DNA of 63,857 nucleotides from Mobula hypostoma. Taxonomy: Eukaryota. The translations under genes were made by a program, and so were the position numbers. The notes beneath the pieces are model-generated. The model was not told the DNA's origin, searched no databases, and worked only from the letters and a program-made list of their open reading frames with translations. Shown in pieces: positions 38,926 to 52,016 of the stretch. Position 1 is the first letter of the stretch; each line of letters begins with the position of its first letter. The stretch spans positions 22,444,144 through 22,508,000 of the forward strand of contig NC_086106.1 of the NCBI RefSeq assembly GCF_963921235.1, given 5' to 3'.

Positions 38926-40899
38926 CAATGTGAAGGGAGACTATAAGGAAGTACTATGAAAATATAGGTCCTAAACAAGATACGAGGAAACTGAAAATAT
39001 AACTAAATAACTTATGGATGGAATACAGTTGAATATTGTTTCCTACGAAGCCAGACTAAAGAGATTAAGGAAATCTGCCAGATGTCCAAAACAGAATTAT
39101 CAAATCAGGAACAATGAAAATGCTTGTACTGAAATTCGACAGGGCAGAAAGTCACCCACACCGACACTGAATTAACAACAAACAATTAGCAATGGACGAA
39201 TATTCTCATATCTTGTCAAACACGTTGACAGATAACCACCAATAAAGCTGGATTAGAAAGGATAAAGAACACACTCACTCAAATACAGTCAAGCAAGCAC
39301 AGTTACAGGTGATCTGCTAAACGTGGTTATAAGAGATACGGATAGTTGGAAAAGTACCGGCAGGTGTACAGCGGATTGACCTGAACAGTTTACTCCATGC
39401 CCATTTACTGATCGTTTTATTACGTCACGAATGAAAAATAGAGAGATACAGATTTAAGTCATTCGAAGGTTGGACCAACTTTGCTTCAAATAACTACGGG
39501 ACCTGTTGCTTTAGAGACAGTTAGTATTCAGACATTTTCGATATTCGATTCTACAACAGGCAGGAAATAAAACAGTTCAAAGCAGTCTTTCCAATCTGTT
39601 GCTTCTGAAGAACTCACAATCACTTCCAGGAGAGTTCCAAATTGAAATTATTTACGCTCGCAGAAAATGGAAGCATCTGCAAGATATGTCGAAATTGATT
39701 TTGAAACGGTGAGTGAATGAATAGCTATCAATGTTACAAAGACGTCAGAAAATGTTAAGTATACAGCGCAATATCCTCCCAGAAGACATTCTTGACAATA
39801 CAATGCCTCGCAACACAAGGGACATTGAATCCTTTCAATAAAGAAGAGGAATTCTGCAGCTTCTGCGCATCAAATCGAATTGTCTGGACAGTCCTATAAT
39901 AAAAGATCGGTATTTCAGAAGCGGCAGAGGCTTGATAAGCTATAGCACTAGTGGCGTCGTCTACGTCTACTGATGGTCTTGATGTTTTTGACTTGACAGA
40001 GAGTTGTCGGAAAGATCACTCCGTCCTGGGGTATGTGATCATAACCTGTTTTCTAGATGACTATGACATGACTTGGTTAAAAAAAAAAATGACGATAGAG
40101 GATATTTCCATGTATGTTAGATGTTTATCGTTGAACGTGTCACATTTACTATTTAAGTAAACTGTAATAAATATGATAGTGCAAGAACTGGTGGCAAAGA
40201 CGTAGCAGGCTGTCTCAGTTTTCTGTCCTTCCGTATGATGTTGTGTTTTGCGATTTATTATCGGTTACGATCATTTATCATGTGGGATTGGGCGTGGTAG
40301 AACGAAATTTGTATGGCCACATTTGCAGATTTTGTGCCGTTGTTTTATCTCAGCTTTGATTTTTTTTTTTGAGACTACTGATTGTTGCACTTTTTTGGCT
40401 TTTTTTTATCGTTTTCACTTGGAGTTGCTTAATATCGATAAGTTTGATCAGTCGTCTTGCTGGTTTCATTATAAATTGTCGAGCGTGTGTTTGTCGACTT
40501 GATACTCCGTTATTTTGAAGCGCGTAATACAGTGATAATTACCTCATCGATTCTCTTCTTTCTGTTAGTTTGTGTTGTCAACTGGCCGCCACAAGTAACG
40601 ACGAGGTGGTTTTTAAACGAACCCGAGGCAGTTGCCTAACTATTGATGTGTAGCATTGTTTCTTCTGTTTCGTTATTCAAAAGGACAGAGAGACCTTCCA
40701 GTTAAGGGAAAAAATAATAACACAATAACGCAGCACATGATTCCTGGTAAGAGGCGGGGAGGGGGAGGGAGAGACTGAGAGGGAGAGAAGAGAGAGTGAG
40801 GGGGGGGCGGAGAGATAGAATTTGCAGTGAGAAATAAAACAACTCCCAGGTTCATAAACAGTGAGTAACCTTTAATAACAATAAAACAGAAGCAGAAAG

Positions 40900-43250
40900 T
40901 GACAGTTGGTTCATGATATTTGGGATACACTGAGAGATCATTTTTTGTGTGGCTATTACAAAAGAACATTTCGAAAGCACATGCTGCTAACGGAAGCCTA
41001 CTTACATTTAAAAAAAGACAGTTAAAGTGCCTGCATCAATGAAAACCGCAGAAAGAGACGCAACGGCTTGCAGACAAGAATCAAATTGAGCGTGGAAGAA
41101 TTGCAACGTCCTTACAGACACGTGTCTGCCAAAAGAAAATGTGTTTCCCTTTTGTTTGGGGCACAAAAACATCACAACAATTGAATTTTAAAGGTAAGCC
41201 TTGCAGAAAATGCAATATGGTAAGGCATGTTGGGCAGACAGAACTCCACTGACTGGATGTGGAAAACAACGAGATGAAAAGTCAAGCTTCAGTTTCCAGA
41301 GGAGCACCAATGCGCCTGCTTCGATAAAAGCATCAGAGAAGATGAGAGTGTCAACAGAATGCGTATCCTTGAGATTAACAACCTGTAAACAAACAAGGAA
41401 CAAACAATAAGGCTTAAAACAGAGTTCAACGGAAATTTAATTGAAATCAGATTGGACACTGGGTTGGCTGCTGCCGCCAGTCTATTAAATGAAACCTGCA
41501 GATATTTAACAAACTACCTGGCTCTTGTATGCTGTTAGAGAAAAAAAAAATCAAACAAACAAACAATAAAAATCAGAAGACCAGCAGTGTGGCGTCGGTA
41601 TTGAGACAACTACAGCTTCATTGGAGATAAGTTCATCATTTGCATACCATGTCCGCTGCAATTTTGTCAACAGACACCGAAATAAGAAATATGTGTGAAT
41701 GATAGCCCAACAGTATTCAATATAGCATTGGAAATCTCAAGCATATCAAGCGTAAAATAACATCATTTGAAAATTTCACACACAAGATTCACAAAGCAGA
41801 TTCTTCCTTGCACCATCCCTAATAATATAAGATCTCATGGCGGCTGAGGGAACTCATTCTAAGTTTCAGTAGAGCACATGAAGCATGAAATAACTCATCA
41901 GGTAGTCGGGAACGACGATGGATCTGTCAGGATCTATAGTAAATTTGATGTCGTCACCAATCCAGTACTGAACGTAAATCAACCTCTTTACCCATAATAT
42001 AAGATATCCCTGCAAACGTTTCTCCAGTGAAACACTTCATCAAAGTGGAATTAGCTGAAACCTGACTACAGTCGGAATTCGAAGAAGAGTCCAAAAGTAA
42101 TTCACACAAGAAACTCTCACAACGGTCGTAGTTGCTATACTAGACTTCTGTTTGGAGTGGTATCCAAAAAAGCACTCCAGAAAAAGGTATGGACCATGTG
42201 CTGCAAAGGGGCACAGGCACTGTATTGTACGGGGATGATATTATTGCAAAAGATGAAGATGTATAGGAACGTCTCCAAAATCATAAGACACGGTTAAAAT
42301 GATTAGAAAACCACGCTCCCCAAGTGTGGAAACCTGAAGTCAATCGTCACTGCCTGAGATCATAACATTAAAGCACTCAGATTAAACTCGTATGTTGAGA
42401 AAATTAAAGCATTGGCGAATTTCACAAGAACAAACCAAGTATCACAGTGGTTGTACGTTCTTAACCTTTTATCAATTGTTGCAGCATGTTCCTTTTAATG
42501 TTGCTCCACGCCTTCAAATTATTACTACAACACTGGAAATAATGGACAATGCAGGATGTTGCAGCTTACCAAAAGACATAAAAAAGACACTGAACTCACG
42601 CATTGACGAACAACGTCCATCAGCCGATCACGTCCCTTCAAGTGGGATACGAGGGCTGTCTTGGCTCAGTAATTAGAATACAAAGATGGATGGGCCTGCA
42701 CGGTAAGAGGCACTTGGATAGGAGTTTGCAGCATCGGATTGCGGATCCGTCGAAGCCTGAACTCCCAGGCTGGAGGTTGCCTGGCCTGGTATTGCTGTTG
42801 CGAGACGCACATTTGTTGGAGATTTGGGAGCAGCTGGTCAATGCTTTCCTCTTAATTTGCAACCCTCTGTTCCTGGACACCATATTTTCTGGGTCAATCA
42901 CTGTTTCACCCACCGTATAAGCAATATAGAGCAGGCTTCATTTTAAACCAGAACAGAGGATACTATGTATCCGTAAACGATATTGTACAGATAAACTCTA
43001 AACTAACAACCGACTTAGCGCCATAAATGGACAAGGAAGAGGTACTTAGCACGATAAGGCATCAAAGTAAATGGAAACCTGGTTGCAAATGGTTAAGGTT
43101 GTCTGCTTCGATGGGTGAATAATAGACTGTGAATGAAACCTGTGTTTCCGTACACTGTACTTGCTAATTGGCAAATAAGTGGCATGAGATTACTTTTCTC
43201 TCTATGGAGCCTGAAAGGTTCCTGCATGCGCTAGCCTGATACGAAAGAAT
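40900..43250 (+). mobile_element. Ty3/gypsy internal region (zinc knuckle, protease, RT), decayed
   Basis: CRKC..RH knuckle near 41200; RLDTG protease motif near 41450; DGSVRI; LFGV and GDDII (cf. YLDDI) near 42150-42245. Confidence 0.6.
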
Positions 43251-44200
43251 GGAGGATCTTTCTTCAGAACGAAGGTCGATTTAAATTCTACATTAAGGAC
43301 TTTGAGGAGAGGGCCCAGAGCGCATCAGCCTTACTCAACTAAACCCTCTTCAGATATTTCGATTACCTTTCGTCGTAAAGATACATGGGCTCTAGGCTCT
43401 GAAATAGTTCCACGCCAATCTGAACAGCATACATCCAAATAGTCATTTGACGATGGAGATGGAGAAGTATGATTGCCTCCCGTTCCTAGACATTATAATA
43501 CGACTGAAACCGGATCGTAGCCTAGGCATGGCGTCTATCGGATGCCAGCTCAGTTAAACCTCAATATAACAGTCACTATCACGCCTCGCAAAGTAGAGCG
43601 ATGCTTTCAACAGCAGAGTCTCCACAAGGAAATAATACAGTCAAACACAATGTTCCTACAGAATGGTTACCATACGAAGGGTAGACGAAAGAGGAAAAAA
43701 CATCAGTACACCTAAAAACGAGGAAGAAACCGTCGCTACGGTCTGCCTTCCCAATTTCACAATGGCATGGGCAACGATTGTCAGGATCCTGAAAAATCCC
43801 ACCCACAAAGACGAATGGAAGCTCACATTCCGGATTATGCGGGTCTAAAATGGCCCAGGTCCCAGTGTGGCATGCCTATATTTTTGGATTCCCTGTGCGT
43901 ACAGTGCATTGAAAATCGCCCAGATGGGGCGTGCGCTGGATACCATATGAAAGGATAGAGGAGCTGTATTATTTTGCATTCGTCGGAGAATATCGGCGGT
44001 AGCAGAACATGACCTACGCAATGATCACAGGATTTAATTCGACGGCACAACGCTGTTGCACTGTTGCAATGGCGTTTCGAACCGTTTGGTAAAGGAAGCG
44101 TTGAAATAAGACAAGAGAATAAGGAGTTCAACATGGCTGATGATCTCTCTTTAGAAGTAAGTACTTGAACGCAATTTTAACCAAGGTAGGACAGCTTAAA
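43250..44200 (+). mobile_element. Second Penelope-like family fragment (RT C-terminus and GIY-YIG)
   Basis: LNSIHPN..TMEMEK..CLPFLDIII; SAVAEHDLRNDHRI; RLVKEA. Confidence 0.65.
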
Positions 44201-44289
44201 CCTCTTTGGTTGAGGACTAACCAATCAAGAGGGACGGCACATGCCACCGGATTAGACATGCCTAGCATCATCGCTGATAAAGATGGCGT

Positions 44290-44860
44290 TGTATTATTTT
44301 TTAGATTAGATTATTAGGACATTCAGTCCTCGTTTTATTTTGCCATTTAGAAATGCATGCATGCAACAAGAAATGATACAATGTTCCTCCAGTGTGATAT
44401 CACAAAAAAACAGGACAAAGCAAAGACTAGCACCGACAAGACCACATAATTATAACATATAGTTACAGCCGTGCAAGGCGATGCTATAATTTGATTAAAA
44501 AAACAGACCAAGGGAACGGTAAAAAAAGTATCTAAGTTCCGATCGACTCCCGATAGACCACGATAGCAGGCGGCAGAAGGGAGAAACGTTCTCTGCCATA
44601 AACCTCGAAGCACCGACAACTGTCGATGCATTGGAAGCACCCGACCCCAGCCGACTCTGAGTCCGTCCGAAAACATCCAGCCACTGGCCATCCCTGAGAC
44701 ACCGAGCACCGAACAACATCTCTGTCCAGCGCTTTGACCCCGTCCCGGCCGCCGAGCAACAAGCAACGCCAAGGATTCGGGGCCCTCACCTCCGGAGGAT
44801 CAAGATCACACAGTAACATCGAACGTCCATTAAAATCCACACTTGTACTCAACTGGCAGC
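44290..44860. repeat. Interspersed repeat (probably LINE-derived or non-autonomous), unclassified
   Basis: Starts with a tagattagatt tandem tail, then a GC-rich body. Family not identified. Confidence 0.4.
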
Positions 44861-45480
44861 TGAGGAGTGTTTATGCGGCATCAAGTGTCGCACAATCTCT
44901 CATTTGGAACTTCTACTTCTGCGGACAGTTTAAAGAAAATTTCCTGAGCACAACTGACAAACTCTATAACATATAATCCTTTTAACACATTGGAGTCCCG
45001 GTCAATATGTGGGAAGTTAAAGTCATCGACTACAACAAATTTAGGTTTCTTGCAAAAGGTGTGATCACTCGACATTTTTTTTTCCCTATGAATCCCAGGT
45101 AATTGGGTTGTCTGTAACATAGTCCCATTAATGTGGTCATAAATTTATTAAGTCTCAGTCTAGCCATAACGTCTCAGCAGAGGAGTTATTCAGTCTGTTC
45201 TGTGAGCATTCCAGTGACATTTTACTGTTAGTGCCAGCGCTTCCACTTGAATCCCTCTCGTTGTATCGCGCCTAAAGCATTGGAACTGCAGAACACTGAT
45301 CTGCTTCTCCTGCCATTTCTGCAACTAAGTCTCACTAATGGCTACAGTATTATAATTCCCGATGTCTACCCATGCCCTGAGCCCAGATGACTTTCTTGCA
45401 ATACCGCTGGCATGGAAATATACGCACCTCGGAAAATTCTGTGCAACATCCTCGTCGTTTTGATTTCTGACTTTGTCGAA
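44860..45480 (-). mobile_element. CR1 endonuclease fragment
   Basis: ORF 44881-45120 (VVVDDFNFPHIDRD..FVSCAQE). Confidence 0.65.
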
Positions 45481-47640
45481 ATACTTTATAACACCTGTCG
45501 TTCTATTGACTAGTCTGGCACTCTACCGTGCAGAACTGACAAATATCCCGAATAGGATATTAGTCCCTTTCCAGCTTAGATTCAAACCGTCTGTTCCTTA
45601 CAAGAGAAAAAAAAAAATGATCGAAATCTCTGACGCCATTTCTCCTAGAACAACTCCGTAGCCACATATTACACTGCATCATTCTTCGACTGCTAGACTC
45701 ACGGGTACATGTGACGAGAAACGATACTGAGATCACATCTGTGGATATGCTGAACCTCAGCTTAGCACCTAATTACTTTAAATATCTGCAGAACTTGGTG
45801 AGTCTTCCCAGCATTTTCATTTGCACCTACATGTGCAACGACCTGTGGCTCTTCAAACACCCATCTAACATTCAGAAAACTGGATCTCGTTATCCAGACA
45901 CTGGCACTCGAGGATCAACATGCCATCCATCAATCACTTTCACATCCACAACCCTATCAACAAAGCTCACTAATTCTCTCCACATCCCTTCTTCCTTGCT
46001 GAACCAGCTCTGTGCCAGAGAGTTGACCATTGGGACTTTTCTCCGCTACTTCATACCCCCAAAGTATTCAAAGCAGTACAGCTGTTTGTGACGAAGATGT
46101 CCACAGCGCGCATTGTACAGGCTGTCATAATCATTTTTCGTTTTGGACTCGCAATTCCCTGTGTATTGTAACTTGAGGACAGCTACTTCTCTTTATGCCC
46201 AATCTGTCACGCTCTCAGGTTCCGAAAAAAAAACCCAGCGTTCATTCGATTCCAGTTCCAGCTTTTTAAAACGTAGTGTTAGAAACTGAAATTGGATGCA
46301 TTTCACCCATGATAAATAGTGAGAATTAAATCTCCTAGTCGTTCCACATGCCGTAGGGAGTGCTCTCAAAAACTATGATCCTGATGAAAATCCTCAGCCA
46401 GAAGATTCAATTGTTGACACTTTCCATGCAGGTTGCGTGGCCTGCTGAGTTACTACTGCGTTTTGCTTGTATTGCGTTCAAATATCATGCCAGGCACACT
46501 TCCAGTTCATTCTGAACAAATATATAGAAGGAAAATCAATACATAAACTGTGGGAAAAAATATTTCCCTATACCTTTTCTCTTACTGAAGCCTATCCTCG
46601 TTGAAGCATTGAAGAGCCAATGCCTCAGGTTCGCTCTCTTACACTGATAACGCGACCGAGGGCAGCTACGCTTATCCCTACTTTATTCTAATAGCTTTTT
46701 AAAATCAATCCCCATCACTGATTGACCGTTTTTCATAAACCGAAATGATGGCTTATGCATTCAATCGGGGAGCCTCCGTGAACTTCGTAACTCTGGGTAA
46801 AACACCAAACTGCTGACATTTTGCGCCATGTATACTGAACAGGCTAACTTAAGGGAGCTGCACCTTATCAGGCTTGGCATCTCCGAGTGGCCGCAGTTTA
46901 AATGCAAATTGTATGACTTTTTATTTCCAACATTTCGCGTATGCGACTTCACCATTCTGAAACCCATATTTCCCTTTGTTTTTATATTTTATTTCAGTAT
47001 AGTAGATGGCACAATACCCAACAATATATATAAAACAATCTACAGCAGTGGTAGTACAAGGGAATTAAAACGTTGCAGAATAATTTCTGTAAGATCTCAC
47101 CGGGCCTCAATAAGGGAATCATAGTCAAATCCAAACACAGTTAACAAACAACAACAACAACAACAATAACAGCAACAACTGCACGAACATTTGTATTCCT
47201 AATCGACTGTGACACTTTTGCATTTCCACTTCGACGACCTTGTCCCGCCTCACAAGAGTTAATAAGTTTTATGTCGTATTACTTTCGTTCTGCAGAACAC
47301 TGCTTCAAATGCTATATGATCTGTTCTGAATTTGCCACTGTCTTGTGCATAAGTTGTGCTTTTCTGTGTTTCCTTGTGGCCTCTTTAAATCCAGGAAATA
47401 TAGGTTGAACAGGAGACATGGAACAGTACAGCACAATATTGAGCCTGCGGAGTACGTTGCAGCGCAGACCAATACAACCACTTCATGATTAACCTAATGC
47501 TTGACATACCCTGAACATGCCTCTGCACTCAACTTTTCCTTTTTCCATATGTGAACGGTTCTGGTGGTGCTGTGTATCGCTAACATTTGCTGCGGAGTTC
47601 AGATAAGAATTTTTGATGAATAATAATAGTATTTTCCAAG

Positions 47641-47781
47641 AATACTACTACTACTACTACCACTACTACTACTACTACTACTACGACCACCACTATTACT
47701 ACTGTTGCTTCTACAACTAATAACAACAACAACAACAACAACAATAATCATAATAATAATAATAAAATATAATTATTATTA

Positions 47782-47821
<40 letters not shown>

Positions 47822-47850
47822 CATCATCATTACAGAATAATAATAAATAT
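47641..47850. repeat. Compound trinucleotide microsatellite (TAC/CAC/AAC/AAT/TAT/CAT)
   Basis: Direct reading of successive triplet runs. Confidence 0.95.
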
Positions 47851-47879
47851 AACACCTGACACCTCACTAGAAGTTTCTT

Positions 47880-48200
47880 CCACCCAGCTTACTGTAAGCC
47901 ACCTTTCTCGGGCGTTGACTTTTGCCACAATGGATATCAACTTTATTTTATCCTAAAGACACTTTTCCATTCTCCAATCCCAACTCCACCAGCAGCCCCC
48001 AGTAACAGCTCCCTGGACACCAACGATGCGATTCATATATACTGTGAATAGAGAGGAACAGGTACGGTTGCTTGTGATAGACCTTTTGTCAAACACACAC
48101 AGATTGAACCTGTTTGGCGAAAGTTTTATTCTCATCCCACTTTCTATGAAAGCAATTCGTGAGCGAATGGTGCATCCAAAAGAACCAAAATGCCATCACA
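47880..48200 (-). mobile_element. RTE-like non-LTR RT fragment
   Basis: Remnants of GL-x-QG..SP-LF..YMNRI..VQG in minus-strand frames. Confidence 0.4.
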
Positions 48201-48633
48201 CTCCTCCTAGCTTGAGGGAGGGCTTATTAACTCATCCCGCCTACCTGCCGTCATGATTAGGGAAGAGACTGAGTTCCGTCACGAATGGTCTAAGAAGTAA
48301 GACTTTCTGTACCGGCTTAGGGCACACGTGTCAACATCGATAAATACAAAATAAGCACCTACTGTTGTCGAAATATCGTCCAGTTCATGGCGAAGGCGAC
48401 AGATGCATTCGCTTATAGGACATCTGCATTACAGATATTGAACGTTAGGGGGCCATGGGAGGGACTTAATCATCCGGTAGAAACAGAATTAAAAGCACCA
48501 GTTGACCCTCAGAATGCTGTCCTGTAGAGGTCACTGTCCAACTCCGAAGTAAATTCAAACTTTAAATTTGAAGATTGTGAGCTCCATTTCCTCGTTACTT
48601 AAGAAATCTTCCCCGCTGACGAGGGGCGTCTTT

Positions 48634-49018
48634 ATGTTTTTCACACTAGGGCTCTGCATGTTAGTTTCTCTACGTGATTCGCCACTGACCCAAGTTCACT
48701 TTCCCATCTTTTTTTTAATTCACCCTTCATTGAGTTAGATAGTGACTCAGAGTCCATCGACTGTAAACTTGAAGTATTGTCATTCCGTTACTATCGCCTG
48801 CAGTTTCCTACCACCATCTTCTGGTGAATACCACTTTGTGAATGGAAAATTCTTCAAGCAGACCCAGTCACCGGCCGAAGGGAAGGAGAAGGCCACCGAG
48901 GGGTGATTTGTTACTAGGATTAAGAAAATTAACATGCAGTTTTCTTTGGAAATTCGGGATCTCGGAGTGGAAGACAGCGGCATCTGTTACTGGCATGTTG
49001 TGTACAGACTTGGTGAAG
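48634..49018 (+). pseudogene. NTCRV: NAR-TCR V (VNAR-like) segment, pseudogene; probable leader exon 48634-48673, V from ~48739
   Basis: Frame from 48742: VTQSPSTVNLKYCHSVTIACSFLPPSSGEYHFVNGKFFKQTQSPAEGKEKATEG*FVTRIKKINMQFSLEIRDLGVEDSGICYWHVVYRLGE. FR2 to FR3 spacing is short, as in VNAR (no CDR2 strand), and FSLEIRDLGVEDSG resembles the IgNAR motif FSLRINDLTVEDSG. Stop TGA at 48904; second canonical Cys is TGG at 48991. Leader candidate MFFTLGLCMLVSL followed by GT; its acceptor is degenerate. Confidence 0.85.
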
Positions 49019-49056
49019 CACAATGATGGTCGTCAGATTCCCGTTGCACAAAAAGT
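49019..49056 (+). other. RSS of the NAR-TCR V (22-nt spacer)
   Basis: CACAATG (49019-49025), 22-nt spacer, ACAAAAAGT (49048-49056). Confidence 0.88.
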
Positions 49057-49365
49057 TTTGCTGTAGGTTATTCCTGAAGCAGAGAGAGCAGAATGGATCT
49101 GCTGGTAAAGTAAACAGACCCACCTCGCTCCAAACGTCCTACAGTCTAGATTATAGTCAGTTTCTTGTGTTTTACTTACAGTCTATGTGTTCCCTCCCGG
49201 ATTCTGCTGCGTTCCCAGAGGCTTGCGTCTATGAATGTCGACAGGGAATTAACAAAAACACATTCCCGTCGGGAAATACATGTGGATTCGATCCTAGGCA
49301 CTTTGTTCAGGAAAAGACCATCGTTGGGAATGTGCTTTACCCTCGCCTCACATCCCTTCCCAGGG

Positions 49366-49438
49366 GGGCTTTGAAATTGCCCTGAGGAATTGTGTATACT
49401 TTGGGAGACACTCAGTGCAAGAGATCTGAAGAAAATTA
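49366..49438 (+). other. NTCRD: D segment (49395-49410, TATACTTTGGGAGACA) flanked by degenerate 12/12 RSSs
   Basis: 5' side: GGGCTTTGA, 13 nt, AATTGTG (49388-49394). 3' side: CTCAGTG (49411-49417), 12 nt, AGAAAATTA (49430-49438). It sits between the V and the J. Confidence 0.65.
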
Positions 49439-49769
49439 ATAACATTTAAATAAATAACTTAGTTAACTATGTATTCTATATGCCCTAATCAAAATTTACG
49501 AACTTGGCGATGGCCGCTCAGTTATCTGATTACATAAGTTTTATTTTTTATATTTCAGGTATATTTTGACGGACGCCGTTGCTGATTTGTTTCCTTTCTG
49601 AGTCAGTCTGCGGCGCGTGTACAGGCTTCAATTTAATGAGGCCCTGCTTTTTCAGATCATATCGACCCGTCAGGAAATTAGGAAAACTGCATGCTATCTG
49701 TTGAATTAACGTTAGAGGAAACATTGGGCATCCTATTCTGACGTTTGTTATGCAGATTCACGTGACTGT

Positions 49770-49872
49770 AGTTGTTGTATTCGGGAGATTGAAAACAGGT
49801 TCAGTGTGTATATGTGGAAGTATGATAATCTTGTTGGAGCAGGGACAAAGGTCACGGTCAGTCCCGGTATGT
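49770..49872 (+). other. NTCRJ: J segment (coding 49809-49866) with 23-RSS and splice donor
   Basis: AGTTGTTGT (49770-49778), 23-nt spacer, CAGTGTG (49802-49808); open frame YMWKYDNLVGAGTKVTVSP-G; phase-1 donor GTATGT at 49867. Confidence 0.9.
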
Positions 49873-50025
49873 ATCCACAAACATCGCCGTTTATTCTAAT
49901 TTTTCCCCATATTCAGTTTCATTTAATAGATGATCGAATAATCAAAAAAATCTTTAATTTTTAAAAATCCAATCTAAAATCTCGTTTCTGCAAATTGTGT
50001 CAGAGGCGTCGTTAGCACACGGTGT

Positions 50026-51455
50026 CTTAGACAATAGTCAGTAGACAATAGACAATATAATATAGGCAATAGGTGCAGGAGTAGGCCATTCGGCTTTTCG
50101 AGCCAGCACCGGCATTCACTGTGATCATGGCTGATCATCCACAATCAGCACCCCGTTCACGCCTTCTCCCCATATCTCTTGACTCCGCTATTTTTAAGAG
50201 CTCTATCTAACTCTTTCTTGAACACATCCAGAGAAATGGCCTCCACTGCTTTCTGAGGCAGAACATTCCACAGATCCACAACTCTCTGGTGAAAAAGTCT
50301 TTTTTCCCCTCAACTCCGTTCTAAATGGCCTACCCCTTATTCTAAAATTGTGGCCTCTGGTTCTGGACTCCACCAACATCGGGAACATGTTTCCTGCCTC
50401 CAGCGTGTCCAACCACTTAATAATCTTATTTGTTTGAATCAGATCCCCTCACATCCTTCTACATTTCAGTGTATACAAGACCAGTCGCTCCAATCTTTCA
50501 ACATATCACAGTCCCTCCAACCCGGGAATTACCCTCTTGAACCTCCGCTGAACTCCCTCAATAGCAAGAATGTTCTTCCTCTAATTTGGATACCAAAACT
50601 ATACACAATACTTCAGGTGTGGTCTCACCAGGGCCCTGTACACTGCAGACGGACCCCTTGTCTCCTATACTCAATTCCCCTTGTTATGAAGACGAACAGG
50701 CGATTAGATTTCTTCCTTTCCTGCTGTACCTGCATGCCTACTTTCAGTGACTGATGAACAGGGACAGCAAGATCTCGTTGTACTTCCCCAGTTCCTAACT
50801 TGATACCATTCCAATAGTAATCTGCCTTCCTGTTCTTGCCACCAAAATGGATAACCTCACATTTGTCCACAACAAACTACATCTGTCATGCATCTGCCCA
50901 CTTACCCAACCTGTTCAAGTCATCCTTCTTATCTCAACATCCTCCGCACATTTCACACTGCCGCCCAGCTTTGTGTCATCTGCAAATTTGTTAATTTTAC
51001 CTTTTATCCCTTCATCTATATCATGTATATATATATAGTAAATAGCTACGGTCCCAGCACCGAGCCCTGAAGTACCCCATTAATCACGGCCTGCCTTTCT
51101 AAAAATAACTAGTTAACCCCTACTCTTTGTTTCCTGTCTGCCAACCAACTTACAATCCATGTCTGTATCCTACCCCCAATAGCGTGTGCTCTAATTTTGC
51201 CCACTAATCTCCTATGTGGGACCTTATCAAAGGCTTTCTGAAAGTACAGGTACACTAGATCTACCGGCTCTCCCTTGTCCCTTGTCCATTTTCATAGTTA
51301 CATCCTCAAAAACTTCCAGAAGATTAGTCAAGCATGATTTTCCCTTTGTAAATCCAAGCTGACTCGGACCGAGCCTGTTACCGCTATCCAAATGTGCCGC
51401 TATTTCATCCTTTATAATTGTGTTCAGCATCATCCCCACCACTGATTGCAGGCTA
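50026..51455 (-). mobile_element. CR1-clade LINE, 5'-truncated and internally deleted, (TTGTCTA)n tail
   Basis: ORFs 51227-51442 (GFTKGKSCLTNLLE), 50625-50870 (KCEVIHFG) and 50203-50412 (TRGHNFRI). Confidence 0.9.
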
Positions 51456-51469
51456 ACTCGAGTCAGTCA

Positions 51470-51610
51470 AACAGATTCTGGCTTGTCATCCTGTTGAAGG
51501 GTCTCGGCCTGAAATATTGACTGTATTCGTTTCCACTGATGTTGCCTGGTCTGCTGAGTTCCTGTGTGCGTTGCCAAGATTTCCAGCATCTGCAGGTTTT
51601 CTCTGGTTTA
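51470..51610 (+). mobile_element. Penelope-like terminal fragment
   Basis: tcctgttgaagggtctcggcctgaaa..gcctggtctgctgagttcc..gatttccagcatctgcag. Confidence 0.6.
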
Positions 51611-52016
51611 TGGCTTGTCATCTGCTGAGTGGACACAGGGGCACTGAATCAGCTCCAGTTTGGACGCTGTGCCACACGGCCCCTGACACTCGGGTGGAGC
51701 GCACCAACTCCGAAGCTTTTCTGTTGAGCAGTTGTAAACAGGCAACACCATGATTTGAGGCTTTATCCTCCTACAACTGAGGTCATGCAGCTTCCCTGCC
51801 ATTTGCCAATAAATCACTGAATCGGACTTTCAGCACTCAACATTAACAATGTTCAACAGGATCTTCCAATAATTATTATTTAATTGTCATGATTGCTTAT
51901 AAGATCAGCCACACAAAACAAAATCAAATACTTGCAATAAAAAAACAAAATAATTTGATACTGTATTTTGCTCATCAAGTTACCTATTCCATCTTTCTTC
52001 GCATACTTATTCACGC

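Noticed and set aside
39000-40200. Possible decayed gypsy or BEL pol
   Set aside because: Motif remnants were too weak to support a call.
47705-47956. ORF with poly-T/I/Y/H runs
   Set aside because: It is the translation of a microsatellite.
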